A stretch of DNA of 64,000 bases from contig NC_042997.1 in the NCBI RefSeq assembly GCF_006345805.1, positions 196,912,001 through 196,976,000 on the forward strand, written 5' to 3'. Of this stretch, positions 1 through 12,692 are shown piece after piece. Both the position numbers and the translations under genes were made by a program. The first letter of the stretch is position 1. Every line of letters begins with the position of its first letter. The notes below the pieces were generated by a model. That model made no database searches. It saw only the letters and a program-made list of their open reading frames with translations, and was not told the DNA's origin. Source of the DNA: Octopus sinensis (lineage: Eukaryota).

Positions 1-250
1 GTTTCTTGTATTTATATTCGTGTGGCATCATCCGGTTTTCTGTCTTTGTTTCGTATACATTCGATCCTTTTTTCAAGAAATCTAATGCTCGGAGCTTAGT
101 TTTTCCTTGGTGCTGGCCGGATCGGAGCGATATCAGGATTAATCAGCCGAAATTGCTAAGATGATCCGGTTCCTGACTTCGAATGACCTGTCTGTTTTTT
201 TGTGGCGTCTCTTTGTGTAGTTTGCGTTCTTGTCCCCTTTTGTACATTTT
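1..250 (+). repeat. Short interspersed element fragment abutting a (TA)n tract; related to 48250-48565
   Basis: Shares GCCGAAAYTG...TGACT...CGAATGACC order with the reverse complement of 48250-48565; T-rich 3' part runs into (TA)n. Confidence 0.45.
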
Positions 251-415
<165 letters not shown>

Positions 416-1102
416 AGTAGAGAGGAGTTCAGGAAAAGAAATCAGAAATAGAAATTAAAAATGAAAGAGGAGGGAGCAAAGAAAGTGAGATGTTGATAAT
501 CGTTCATTTTAAATCATCTTAAATTGATTCCTGGCGTGGAATAGTGGAAAATATATATATATTGCAGTAATGCCAATATATATAGAGCGAAAGCTAAATG
601 CCTCTTAACCGCAAATGACCATTGGGTTTTTCTTTTTCTTTTTTTTTTAGGCGAATGAAAATCATAGAAGCGAATAGATAAGAAAGTTAAGTTTCCAGGA
701 TGAATGTACCAACATCACCCTATCATAATTAATGATTTGGGTAACTTGTTCTTTTGGCATTCATTGCAGATGTATTATCAGCATTGTAGAAGTAGAACCA
801 CACAACGATATAATTGCAGGTAGGAAAGCAGACATAATGAACACAACAAAAATCTCCCAATCCATAACACCTACGGAAAGAACTCGGCTAATTTCTTAAT
901 TAAGCTTGAAGCTCTATAATAATTATAACAGAAATGGTGTAAAATAATTATGATTTACCTCTCACATCTTTATCGCTTTTACTAATTTAGGTCATAGATT
1001 CATTTCTTTTCTTAAGAATTACTAATGTTCTCTGCGTATCAGACCGCCATTTTGTTACAGTAGTATAGATACCTTTGTCTTTGTCGAAAGAATATCTAGG
1101 AC

Positions 1103-1425
1103 TGTGAAGGCGCATGGCTAAGTGGTTAGGATATTCAGCTCATTACCGTGTGGCCATGAGTTCGCTTTCAGGCGGTGCATTTTGTCCTCGAGCAGGACAC
1201 TTGATTTCACGTTGCTGCTATCCACTCAGTTGGCGAAAATGAGTTGTGCCTGAATTACATAGGGCTAGCTTAGTCACGTTCTGTATTGTGCTGAATCTGC
1301 CTGTGAACTAGGTTAAAGGTGCGTGTGTCTGTGGAGTGCTCTGCCCCTTGCACGTTTATTTCACTAGAAGGATGTTCCGTTGACCGGATCAAGCGGAACA
1401 TCCGTCATCATTGCCGAATGCCAGG
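1103..1425 (+). mobile_element. tRNA-derived SINE, group B older variant (CORE-like body + tail type 1)
   Basis: A-box TGGCTAAGTGG, degenerate B-box GAGTTCGCTTTC; CORE-like TGTCCTCGAGCAGGACACTT...CCACTCAG...AAAATGAGT; 3' part homologous to 3885-4060. Confidence 0.8.
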
Positions 1426-2332
1426 TTTTAAGATTCGAAATCTAGGATTATCAACGGTTTATATCCTATTCGATGCTAAGAGTGATTATTAAAAATAATG
1501 AATGTCCTGCTGCTTGTGTAAGTTTCAACGCCAAAGTATGGTACATAAAATCTTGTATTTTATGAGCACAATCATCAAAACTGAACTAACAGTCACTATA
1601 TTAATGTGATAACTAAATGATGGTTATTTTGTCTCCGGTGCAACGTTTAATCATTTTAGCCTGATCCATTTTTGACGACGTTTTAAATATCATTATTAAC
1701 ATTTGTAAATATTTCAAAAATAATTATTTTATTGCATGCAATCGTAAAATTTTCTCCATGACCAAAATAGTTCTCATCTGACCATTAAGTAATTTGTTTT
1801 CGTTAAAAGTACACATTTTCTTCAAACCCAGGTCACAAAACACTATGTTTGGACACGAAAAGCTGGGTTAATGGAACTCTTGTCTTTGCACCAATCAGCC
1901 TTAAATATATATTTTAAAGCAATTCGAGTTTTCAGTGAAATATGAATGAGTTCGAGAAAGAAAAGCAAGAAAAGCAGGTAAAACATTTAAACCACACTTG
2001 TCCGACTACAATCCTAAATAGTAGAAACAAACAAACAATTTGATTGAGTGGTGTTTGTATAACCTATCGTTAATTATTGGCACTTATCAGTAGGACTAAG
2101 TTGATTGTCAGTTTGATCAAGTAGCGTGAGTATCTAAATAGAATATCGCCTGATTTCAACAGAACGAATATATTTTTAAAGTTCGCTACAGGAAAGAATT
2201 TTCATTGACACACACACACAGACGCATACGCATGGACACTCACACACAACTATGTATACATACATACGCACACACAAACATTCATATATATGTGCAGATG
2301 CTTATATATATATATATATATATATAGATATC

Positions 2333-2363
<31 letters not shown>

Positions 2364-2819
2364 TCATGTATGCCATACACATGCACACACGCGAACACAC
2401 CCACGTACACCTATAAATATAATATTCGCAATAATCTTCGAGTAAGATAAGGATTGGGAATTCTTCTCACATCGATGATATTCAAAACAAATTCAGTTTT
2501 GGTTCAGTTGGTAAAGCCTATTTCAGTCATGACAATGTCGCTTCCTTCAAAGTAGAGCTAAATCCGGATTACACTGTTGAATCGCTTTCTAAAATGGTGT
2601 GCTATTAGCAGGGATGAAAATTGTTTGATTATGTTTCCAAATTAAGGAAAGTTTAATTTGTCTGATTTTAGAGCTATTTTTTGTTTGCTTTTGTTTCAGA
2701 CACCTCTGGACATATCTTTGTCTTCTGTTTGCTGGTATACTAGATTTTTTTTTAATGCGATTTGTACTACATGGAGCTACTGTAGTGTAAGCGAGTTTTA
2801 AGAGGGACGGGGCTACAAA

Positions 2820-3200
2820 TTCAAGTGATAGAGATTGATAGAAAACTTAAAAGAACTCCATATCATAGACCTGCGGAAAACTGGACTCTAGTGAGTTCCA
2901 GAGAGCAGTATTTAGAGTAAAGGAATGATTAGAATAAAAGGACTTATGTTTAATAAGAAGCTCCTTAGGGAAACGATACACTTAGAAGAGACGTGGGTAA
3001 CATGTTTAAAAGTCTTGGGAAATGATACTAGAGCAGAGATTTCTGCAGAGTCATGACCATAGAAATATTTGCAGAAAATACACCACAGAGATATATTTCG
3101 AAGATGAACCCCCAAAACTCATGCCTAATAGAAAGAATAGGATCCACCTTGTTAAGGAAGTTAAGATACTCAGAGGAGGCACAAGCTGAAAGATAGCAAG
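2820..3200 (-). pseudogene. Degenerate LINE ORF2 C-terminus (CR1-group, Zenon-like)
   Basis: Translation HLRNISLWCIFCKYFYGHDSAEI plus downstream LWNSL...FK matches recalled HRR.V.SL.LFYRYYHG.CS.EL...LWNSLP motif; related to 45300-45830. Confidence 0.7.
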
Positions 3201-3360
3201 GTCGAATGGGTTTCCCAACTCATTATATTACGTATATGTGATCTTGCAGAATTATTAGACAGTGACATTGCATATAAAATAGATACTAAAAAAATGTCGA
3301 GATATCATTAAAAGACATCAGAGAACATCATAACTTTATCGCAAATTACTGTCAGCCACT

Positions 3361-3623
3361 TGTTGCACCGGCAAGGATATGGAAGCGGTGGAACCAACTT
3401 TAGTGTAAGTTGCCCGGTTATCTCCGCCGCTCGATAACAGCGAAAAGATCGAAGTAGGCCTTGTTCCGGATAGTCATAGTGAGACAAGATCTGTGTGAAG
3501 CTCTAGTTGACAATAGCACTTGGGTTTAAAACCATTGAATAAAGAACAACCACTCTGTCGTTTTCTCTTTTTACAGAAAATAGATTTATTCCACTGTTGA
3601 ATTGCACAAAATGCACTGCAACA
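3361..3623 (+). mobile_element. Possible solo LTR
   Basis: Terminal inverted TGTTGCA...TGCAACA, AATAAA at 3538-3543, imperfect flanks cact/tatt. Confidence 0.4.
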
Positions 3624-3681
3624 TATTTCGTTTATCTTTTAAACTTTCACAATTTGTAGCAGACATTACTATCTAAAATGT

Positions 3682-4070
3682 GGAGGTGCAATGGCCCAGT
3701 GGTTAGGGCAGCGGACTCGCGGTCGTAGGATCGCGGTTTCGATTCCCAGACCGGGCGTTGTGAGTGTTTATTGAGCGAAAATGCCTAAAGCTCCACGAGG
3801 CTCCGGCAGGGATGGTGGTGATCCCTGCTGTACTCTTTCACCACAACTTTCTCTCACTCTTACTTCCTGTTTCTGTTGTACCTGTATTTCAAAGGGCCGG
3901 CCTTGTCACTCTCTGTGTCACGCTGAATATCCCCGAGAACTACGTTAAGGGTACACGTGTCTGTGGAGTGCTCAGCCACTTACACGTTAATTTCACGAGC
4001 AGGCTGTTCCGTTGATTGGATCAACCGGAACCCTCGTCGTCGGAACCGACGGAGTGCTTCCATCACCACG
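3682..4070 (+). mobile_element. tRNA-derived SINE group B, tail type 1
   Basis: Head GGAGGTGCAATGGCCCAGTGGTTAGGGCAGCGGACTCGCGG...GGTTTCGATTCCC shared with 9567, 17847, 37089. Confidence 0.9.
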
Positions 4071-4504
4071 ATCTAAAATAATCTCAAATAATCACTACTG
4101 TCTTCTTGCGATATGTAGCCTATCAAGGCGACATGTACCATGAAGTAATTATTACATTTCTACATATGGAATGTAGTCTGTTACAAGAATGAAATGACTA
4201 CAAGTTGTAAGTTATAAATACATTCAGATTATAGTAAATCGAACTGAATCAATGTTCTTATATTAGTACTTATTGGTTGCAACCTGAAAGTGATTTCTCT
4301 ACCATAATGATATCTAGAATGTTGTAGAGCATCGAATCACAAAATAGAGAGTGTTATATGTTTGATCAGCATTAATTAATGAATGGACAATTATATTACT
4401 AATATGTTAAAACTATCGTGCTCCAACTACAATACTTAAAACTTTCTAGAGTTGTCTTTCGAATATTTCAATCTAATCGCCTGATATACATAATCTGATG
4501 TATT

Positions 4505-4575
4505 TGTGTGTATATGTTTGTGTGTCTGTTTTTCCCCAACATCGCTTGACAACTGATGCTGGTGTGTTTACGTCG
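4505..4575 (+). mobile_element. SINE A internal fragment
   Basis: AACATCGCTTGACAACTGATGCTGGTGTGTTTACGTC matches SINE A body. Confidence 0.8.
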
Positions 4576-4598
4576 AATTGAAAGACGATGATAATGAA

Positions 4599-4684
<86 letters not shown>

Positions 4685-4686
<2 letters not shown>

Positions 4687-5021
4687 GGTGCCCTGGGAAT
4701 GATAGCAAAAGGGGCTGATAGCTACCTAATTCAGATACAAGGAAACCTAAAAATGGCAGAAATTCAAATGATAGTGCTCATGGGAACTGCTCATATCCTA
4801 CGCAAAATACTTTCTATGTAATCTCAAGGTTTAAAACAAACATAATTTTCGGTTTTTAAAAAAATTTTTGTTTTAGACATTCATTAGTACAACACCAACC
4901 CCCCACCCCAATATATGGCACACTAGGCATAACAACAACATGAACTTCCAACCTGTTGTCTCTTGAGGTCTCTGGGTGAGACTTGGAGCCAACTTGTACA
5001 AATATAAAGCAAAAGTCAAAC

Positions 5022-5024
<3 letters not shown>
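4685..5024 (+). mobile_element. R4/Dong-like non-LTR retrotransposon 3' end inserted in (TAA)n
   Basis: IIGALGMI...IQMIVLMGTAHILRKILSM* matches R4/Dong RLE C-terminus; (AAT)n on both sides (4590-4686, 5025-5076). Confidence 0.8.
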
Positions 5025-5077
<53 letters not shown>

Positions 5078-5719
5078 TAATACCAGGCAGTGGCTCTCAT
5101 GGCTTTTGATCTTAACTGATTGTAAATGTTATCATGAATATTGTTTTGTCTTGGTATAAAAGATGGGCTACAGCAAACATTCTGCACGATACCACAAATT
5201 TGCTTGTCAGTTTCTTGACCGTAACCAGTTGACGATATGTGCATATCTGCACCATTCAGACTTCTCCCGCCACCACCATCAACAGGTTTGACTTCGCCGC
5301 CTACCCCTCCACCACGGTCACCACTGTCTTTCACATCCCATACTATCACCGTCATGCCTGACCGTCTCATCTACCACCACCATCATCCCCGCCTCTATCA
5401 CAACTGCAGCTCATACTATTATTACTATCACCCCATTACCATTCTCAACTGTCAATCAACTACCGCTTTCACATTTCTATGCCATATTTTTACTGTCACC
5501 CCAGCAAGAGGAGTAGAAGTGTAATTGAATAGTGAGAGGTGGGGTCAAAGTGTGACACACTGACACACAAAATTCGGTTTGGCATTTATTATATATATAT
5601 ATATACTTCCTCCCAGTCCCCTTCATCTCGCCAAAGTAGAATATCCAAGATGGGACAACTGAAAGGAGTTATGGTTACACTAGAATCATGTTGGTACTTA
5701 TTTTGACCCGGGTCGCCTT

Positions 5720-5830
5720 GGAGCAACCCGAAATGAAATACATTGTTTAAGGACACAGCTCACTGCAATGCCTAAGAATCGAACCCATGGTTCTGTGGCC
5801 ATGAACCGAAGAAACATACCCATTAAGCCT
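5720..5830 (-). mobile_element. Degenerate tRNA-SINE head
   Basis: Reverse complement has GGGTTCGATTCTT B-box followed by TGTGTCCTTAAACAA CORE-like start. Confidence 0.5.
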
Positions 5831-7151
5831 GGTGGTTTCATAAAAGGCAAGCTTGCATCCATTGGGAATCTAACAATGACCCCTTACACGTTCTGCAGCA
5901 TTTTTGCAACTGCATCATCGATGCACACCAATAAAACATGTGCAGCGATGCACTCTGCAGTTTGAGTCATCCAACGCTGGAATGCCAAGTCATAGAAATA
6001 ATTGGACTGTTAAAACAAATCTGTGATAACTAACATATTTTGAGGAGGAACGGTCTTTATAAGCTTGAACCTTCGTATCGGTTTCTAATTATATTTCAGC
6101 TCTTTCTGTGGCGAAATATGAGCGCCAAGAAAGAGAGATTATTTTTTTCAAATTTTAGTTTCTCTAACTTTATAAATATGAAGTTAAGTTTTATGTCATA
6201 AATATTTATTGCAGCGTAGCTACTGAGTAACTGGCATAAATTTTCGTTTTTTTTTAATGAAATATTTTATAAATCTCACACTGGATCAGTCGTTGCAACA
6301 ACAAAACTCACGGTTAGTGAAAAACAGAAAAGAAAAAAGATAATCAAGTCTATTTTCTTTCGTTTTTTTTTTCTTCTTCAAAGGAGAAAATATACTGCAG
6401 TTTCTCCGTTAAAGAGAATAGAACATTATTTGAAGGTTAGCTGGAGCAATAGCTGTCTTTTATGGACATTTTCCTCTTAGGTTCTGTTCGGTCAATGGAA
6501 ACCACTGAAGCAGCAACGGCAAAGAAAAGTAGTCTTAATAATAATAGTAATAAAAATGATAATAATGATAGTGATTATAACAACGACAACAACAATAACT
6601 CTCTCTCTCTTTTCAAATGAGATACGTTCAAAGATGTTATATATTAGAGATTCCTTTCAAAATATTATTCAGCCATACCAAGAATGTTGTCTGTGGAGAT
6701 GAAATAAATTGTTAGTTCAATAATAAGTGACAATATAATAACAACACTGCAATAACACCACCCAAATCCCCGCAACCCCGTTCTTCTTCTTCATCTTCTC
6801 TAAATGAAAATAGACAATGAAGCTGTAGAGAGAAGAAATGTTGATTCCCAATAAACTTGTTTAGATGTGGATGAAAATCATGAGCTCGGTCCGAGTGAAC
6901 GGGCGAGCTCGGGACTTGCTCTTCTGGATTGGAAACAACAACTGAAAGAAGGCGTTTTGTAGGGTTTTAATCCTTTGCTACCGGAGGACTCCCAACATTT
7001 GGGAAATTGTTTGGCTTAATTTTATTATTTTTTGGTAGGGGTCGTTTTATTATTTCTCTTATATGTGTTTGTCTGCTCTCTATGTTGACGAATCACTCCT
7101 CGATCATCACTATAAGAACAAGGGCTTTGATTTAAAAAAACAAAACAAACA

Positions 7152-7313
7152 GCAGGAGTGGCTGTGTGGTAAGTACCTTGCTTAACAACCACCTGGTTCC
7201 GGGTTCATTCCCACTGCGTGACACCTTGGGCAAGTGACTTTTACTATAGCCTCAGGCCGACCAAAGCTTTGTGAGTGGATTTGGTAAACGGAAACTGAAA
7301 GAAGCCCGTCGTG

Positions 7314-7383
<70 letters not shown>

Positions 7384-7587
7384 TTTGCGTGTCTGTGTTT
7401 GTTCCCCCAAAATTACTTGACAACCGATGCTGGTGTGTTTACCTCCCCGTAACTTAGAGGTTCGGCAAAAAGAGACCGATAGAATAAGTACTAGGCTTAC
7501 AAAGAATAAGTCTAGGGGGTCGATTTGCTCGACTAAAGGCGGTGCACCAGCATGGCCGCAGTCAAATGACTGAAACAAGTAAAAGAG
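7152..7587 (+). mobile_element. SINE A, full length, internal (TG)n
   Basis: tRNA head GCAGGAGTGGCTGTGTGG...GGGTTCATTCCC, CORE-like ACCTTGGGCAAGTG, tail GGCGGTGCACCAGCATGGCCGCAGTCAAATGACTGAAACAAGTAAAAGAG. Confidence 0.92.
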
Positions 7588-7664
7588 AAATCCGTAAGGA
7601 AATTCATACTGAAATATCATCTAGAATTAAACCTTCTGACCATAGACACACAAGAAGGTTCCCG

Positions 7665-7830
7665 TTTCTTGTTGTTGTTGCTTCTGTTTCAGTTGTTGTA
7701 ATTATTGTTTTTGTAGCTGCTGTGCTGTTGCTGTTGTTGTGGTAACTGTTGTAGCTATCTTTGTTGTTGTTGTCATTACTATTGTTTTCCTATCCTTGAT
7801 GTTGTTGATGTCGTTGTTACTGTTGTTTTT
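7665..7830. repeat. Degenerate (GTT)n
   Basis: Direct reading. Confidence 0.85.
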
Positions 7831-8237
7831 TTTAATTATAAGTCAACTGTCTTAGCATCTCTATATTCAAATCTGTTTCACCAGCGATCATACCGCCTTT
7901 TTAGGATTATCTGGGATTAACTGATCTAATATGTTCTTCTTTATAGAAATGATTATGCATAAAGATATAGTATGCTCATGTGAATTAAAAGAAGCTTGGC
8001 TATCATATCTAGCATTTCGGGCGAGCATTATAGGTAGAGTTGACATTTAGGGAGACGAACCCATGTCGAATACTTTAGCCATGCAGTTACGTTTCTTGTA
8101 CACAGGTACGCACACTCGTACATACATAAACATTAAGACATACAAACAAAAACACATATTCATAGGTACATACGAAAAGGGTCTATCACCATTGAATGTG
8201 CTTTGATGTATAATCATATAATTATGCAAGTATTTTT

Positions 8238-8621
8238 TACTCTTTTACTCTTACTCTTTTACTTGTTTCAGTCATTTGACTGCGGCCATGCTGGAGCACC
8301 GCCTTTAGTCGAGTGACTCGATCCCGGGTCTTATTCTTTTTGTAAGCCCAGTACTTATTCTATCGGTCTCTTTTTGCCGAACCGCTAAGTGACGGGGACG
8401 TAAACACACCAGCATCGGTTGTCAAGCAATGCTAGGAGAACAAACACAGACACACAAACATATATACGACAGGCTTCTTTAAGTTTCCGTCTACCAAATC
8501 CACTCACAAGGCATTGGTCGGCCCGGGGCTATAGCAGAAGACACTTGCCCAAGATGCCACGCAGTGGGACTGAACCCAGAACCATGTGGTTGGTTAGCAA
8601 GCTACTTACCACAGAGCCACT
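8238..8621 (-). mobile_element. SINE A, near full length
   Basis: Reverse-complement match to 7152-7587 and 21251-21648. Confidence 0.92.
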
Positions 8622-9154
8622 TTTTTTATATTTCTAAATTTATGATAAGCTCACCATGAATCATGTCGGCAATTTTGCAAAAACCTGATCACGTACTGGG
8701 TGCATCATGAAACCGTTTAAAGTAAGACATAAAAACCGTTATTTTCCGACTACACACCTAGAACGAAAACCGAGATATCACGGTTTGTGTTTATTAGTTT
8801 TCTTCTGCTTCAGGGTTGATCTATGTGGGAATATAGTTTTCAGAAGATTTAATAAAATAAACTGCAGACATTGTCTGTTATCATAAGAAATGGAAAAGAA
8901 AAGTAAACAAAGAGAAGATTTGACAACAAGCAGAAGCGGAGGAAATCACGGGGATTAATAGAAATGACTCCACATGGTGCTTGTCATCACCTAACTGTTC
9001 TAAATTCGTGAAAACCGTGGGAGACAATTTAATCTTTTATAATAAATAAATGGCTAAATATCGGAATTTATTCTAAATTGATTTATAATTTTTTTTTTTA
9101 TTAAGAAAGAAAGAATCTGGGAGAGATTAAATGAGGCTTACGTCTATATACACA

Positions 9155-9207
9155 GCACTCACACACATACGCACACAAACATATGTATATATATATATGT
9201 GTGTGTG

Positions 9208-9251
<44 letters not shown>

Positions 9252-9252
9252 C

Positions 9253-9312
<60 letters not shown>

Positions 9313-9528
9313 ATATGAATATATATGTATATATATACATGTATATATGAATAAAGATATGTATATGTATACAAATATATATTTGATATATATATATGTA
9401 TATATGTGTATGCATACAAATATATATATATATATATACATATATATACATGTATATATGAATGTATATATGTGTGTATATATATATATATATATGCCTA
9501 TATGTGTATATATACAAATATATATTTA

Positions 9529-9562
<34 letters not shown>

Positions 9563-9566
9563 GTGT
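9155..9566. repeat. (TA/TG/CA)n microsatellite field
   Basis: Direct reading. Confidence 0.95.
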
Positions 9567-9860
9567 GGGGGCGCAATGGCCCAGTGGTTAGGGCAGCGGC
9601 CTCGTGGTCGTAGGATCACGGTTTCGATTCCCAGTCCGGGTGTTGTGAGTGTTTATTGAGCGAAAACACCAAAAGCTCCAGCAGTGTGGTGGTGGCGATC
9701 TCTGCTGTATTATATCGCCACAACTTTCTCTCACTCTTTCTTCTGTTGGCCTGCTCGCTTAGCCAGCGGGGTGGCGTCATTTGAAGGCTAAAACAATGCA
9801 AAGCGCATTGTGACCAGCGATGTGTAGCAACATCAGATAGCCTGGGTGATCACGGTGATA
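9567..9860 (+). mobile_element. SINE group B, tail type 2
   Basis: Same head/body as 3682; diverges after CTTTCTCTCACTCTT into GTTGGCCTGCTCGCTTAGCC...GCAAAGCGCATTGTGACC. Confidence 0.88.
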
Positions 9861-9894
9861 TATACATGTATATATGCATGTATATATATGTGTC

Positions 9895-9933
<39 letters not shown>

Positions 9934-10470
9934 CATATGTATTTTATCGCTAATTTTAATATTATTTCACGGCGTACATTCATGGGTTTAGAGTTAGATA
10001 AAGAGTATCCTGTCTTCCAGGAAGAGCCTGACACATTTGGCAAAACACACACACGTAAGTAAAAGTGTTTGACGTTCACTATAATGTTACGCGGTCAGCA
10101 TATTGCGTGAGATGTCATGAACGCTACAAATATTTGTAGCGCTATTTTCGCCAATGTATCTCATTCTGTAGAGCTAATCTGCTAATTGGATAAACTAAGT
10201 CAGTAGAGCGTCGGATAAAATGCATTCTTGCATTTGTTACAGTTCTGATTTGAAATACTGCCCAAGTCACTTTTGATTTCACACTTCGGAAGTTGAAAAG
10301 TAGATTATAGGTCAAATAGTTTAGTCTGAAAGCCAATACTTTCCCGTCACCTTATTGGTCGATAGCATTTTCTACCATTAGTTGTTTTATTCAGTAGATG
10401 TGTTATTAAGGGCCATATAAAGAGGAGTAGGGATAAAAGGCTTCTCTGAAGGACTCCTCATCTAGCCCCT

Positions 10471-10873
10471 TCTTTTACTTGTTTCAGTCATTTGACTGTG
10501 GCCATGCTGCAGCACTGCCTTTAGTCGAGGAAATAGACCCTACGACTTATTCTTTGTAAGCTTAGTACTTATTCTATCGGTCTCTTTTGCCGAACCGCTA
10601 AGTTACGGGGACGTAAACACACCAGCATCCGTTGTCAAGCAATGCTAGGGGGACAAACACAGACACACAAACACACACACGCATATATATACATATACAT
10701 ATATACGACGGGCTTCTTTCAGTTTCCGTCGACCAAATCCACTCACAAGGCTTTCGTCGGTCCCAGGCTATAGTAGAAGACACTTGCCCAAGGTGTCACG
10801 CAGTGGGACTGAACCCGGAACCATTTGGTTGGTAAGCAAGCTACTTACCCCACAACCACTCTTGCTCTTGCCC
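10471..10873 (-). mobile_element. SINE A, full length
   Basis: Reverse-complement match to SINE A. Confidence 0.92.
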
Positions 10874-11869
10874 TATGAAAATATTTATTTTGTATGTTGA
10901 CATGAAATGATAGAAGGACAAAGCTTGTGTACTAGAGCCACTTTATATGTGTCGAGTATCTGTAATATCCAAAAGATTTTTGGGAAGCAAATATTTATTT
11001 TCCGTTTTTTCACGTTTTAATTGCAGCTACACATTACAGCATGTTTGTACGCTTCTAGTATGTTACTGCTTTCCAGATAATAATCAGCTTTGTTGTAGAG
11101 TCTTCGTATAGTTTTGAAAAATATCTTAAAAGTCCATAGTTTTGCTGTGCCTGATCTGGTGATTTTGTTTTAAGGAACAAATAATTTTTTTCTAATCCAA
11201 TAACTATACAAGTTTTGAATCAGCAATTTTTGAGAAATTTGCCAGTTCCAATTACTTTAGCGGGTACTTGTTTATAATGTATGCATAACGTATTCATAAT
11301 TTCCATAAAAGTGGACAAATACTGGCAGTAACATTATACTTACTTTTCTCTCGTCTTAGCAGATTTAAGCTACATCTTTGAGACATCTTTTGGCATTTGA
11401 TTCAAGAACTATATTTTCAGCGACAGAACACTTATGTTTCTCAAAGAATCTTAACCCGCATACCTTTGTCCTTAAAAATTGTTTAACCTTTCTATCTTTA
11501 CTTCTAGACGGTCTTTGCGATATACTTGCTAAATATTTATATTATACATCACAGTTATTGAGTTCATTTGTCCTCATTTCACTAGGGTTAACACCATAAA
11601 ATTTTCTTTATGCCGTATATTTTCTTTCAATTTTCTTTTTTATGCTTGAAGCGACCTCATTCAATTAATATAAAAACCGCTCTCTTTTAACGCTATAAAC
11701 ATTAAAGAACAGATCAGACCGTTCGGATAATGGACAGAATTTCTTCCAGGGCTCTGATGCATTTATTTATTCTTTGGCAGAACCTGCTTGTTTGTGTATA
11801 GCTTTGGCAGGAGATCAATAATTATCGATTTTTTGTATTTCCGTCTCTTTTCTTTATTATTCCTGAAGG

Positions 11870-12280
11870 AAGGGCGGAGCATTGACGAGATTGTCGCAGG
11901 GAGAAAAAAAAAAACTTTTTCGGTTCTTTATGTTGAAGGTGCAAATCCCGTCGAAGTCAGATTAATCTTGCATCATTTGGGGATTGACAAGATAAAGAAC
12001 GAGTCAAGTACTCGTGTTGATGGTATCGAATTACTCATCCCGCCAAAGACTGATGGCCTTGTGCCAAAATGTAATACTATTTAAATGCAGCAAACTGGTA
12101 GAAGATGAGTGCGTCGGGCAAATTGCTTGGTAGCGTTCCTCCGACGATCTGAGTTCAAAATTCTGTCGCATGCGACTTTGCCTTTCATCATTTCTGAGTC
12201 GATAAAATAAATACCTGGCGCCGACCTAAATCGACATCCCAACGCCTAAAATTTGTTGACCTTGAGCCAAATTGAAATAG
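11870..12280 (+). mobile_element. Two degenerate SINE C copies in tandem
   Basis: GAGTTCAAAATTC...GACTTTGCCTTTCATC...GTCGATAAAATAAATACC and GGCCTTGTGCCAAAAT tail remnants. Confidence 0.6.
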
Positions 12281-12369
12281 GATTAGTTTGGTTCGGCTCA
12301 GGTTTGGTCTTATTCCTGGTAGGAATCATGAGGACAGCGGGTTACTACATGTAATCATCATCATCATCA

Positions 12370-12414
<45 letters not shown>

Positions 12415-12415
<1 letters not shown>

Positions 12416-12627
12416 AAGCGGTGAGCTAGCAGAGTCATTAGCACGCCGGACGAAATGCTTAGCGGTATTTCGTCTGCAGCTACATTCTGCGTTCAAATTT
12501 TGCTGAGGTCGACTTTGCCTTTCATCCTTTCGGAGTCGATAAATTAAGTACCAGTTGTGTACTTGGGTCGATGTAATCGACTTACCCCTCCCCACAATAT
12601 CCACGCCTTATGCCTATAGTATAAAGG

Positions 12628-12630
<3 letters not shown>
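12415..12630 (+). mobile_element. SINE C between (ATT)n tracts
   Basis: GCGGTGAGCTAGCAGAGTCATTAGCACGCC head; GACTTTGCCTTTCATCCTTTCGGAGTCGATAAATTAAGTACCAG (Meta-domain-like). Confidence 0.88.

Positions 12631-12692
<62 letters not shown>

Noticed and set aside
3682-3755. tRNA-like genes at SINE heads
   Set aside because: Followed by SINE bodies without a terminator; not bona fide tRNA genes
7252-7745. Recurrent ORF peptides ([32 protein letters not shown]) at many loci
   Set aside because: Translations of SINE A copies, not a gene family
9127-9659. Many long YI/IY/CV-rich ORFs (also 18756-19500, 39938-40528, 42405-42789, 49797-50378)
   Set aside because: Translations of (TA/TG/CA)n microsatellites
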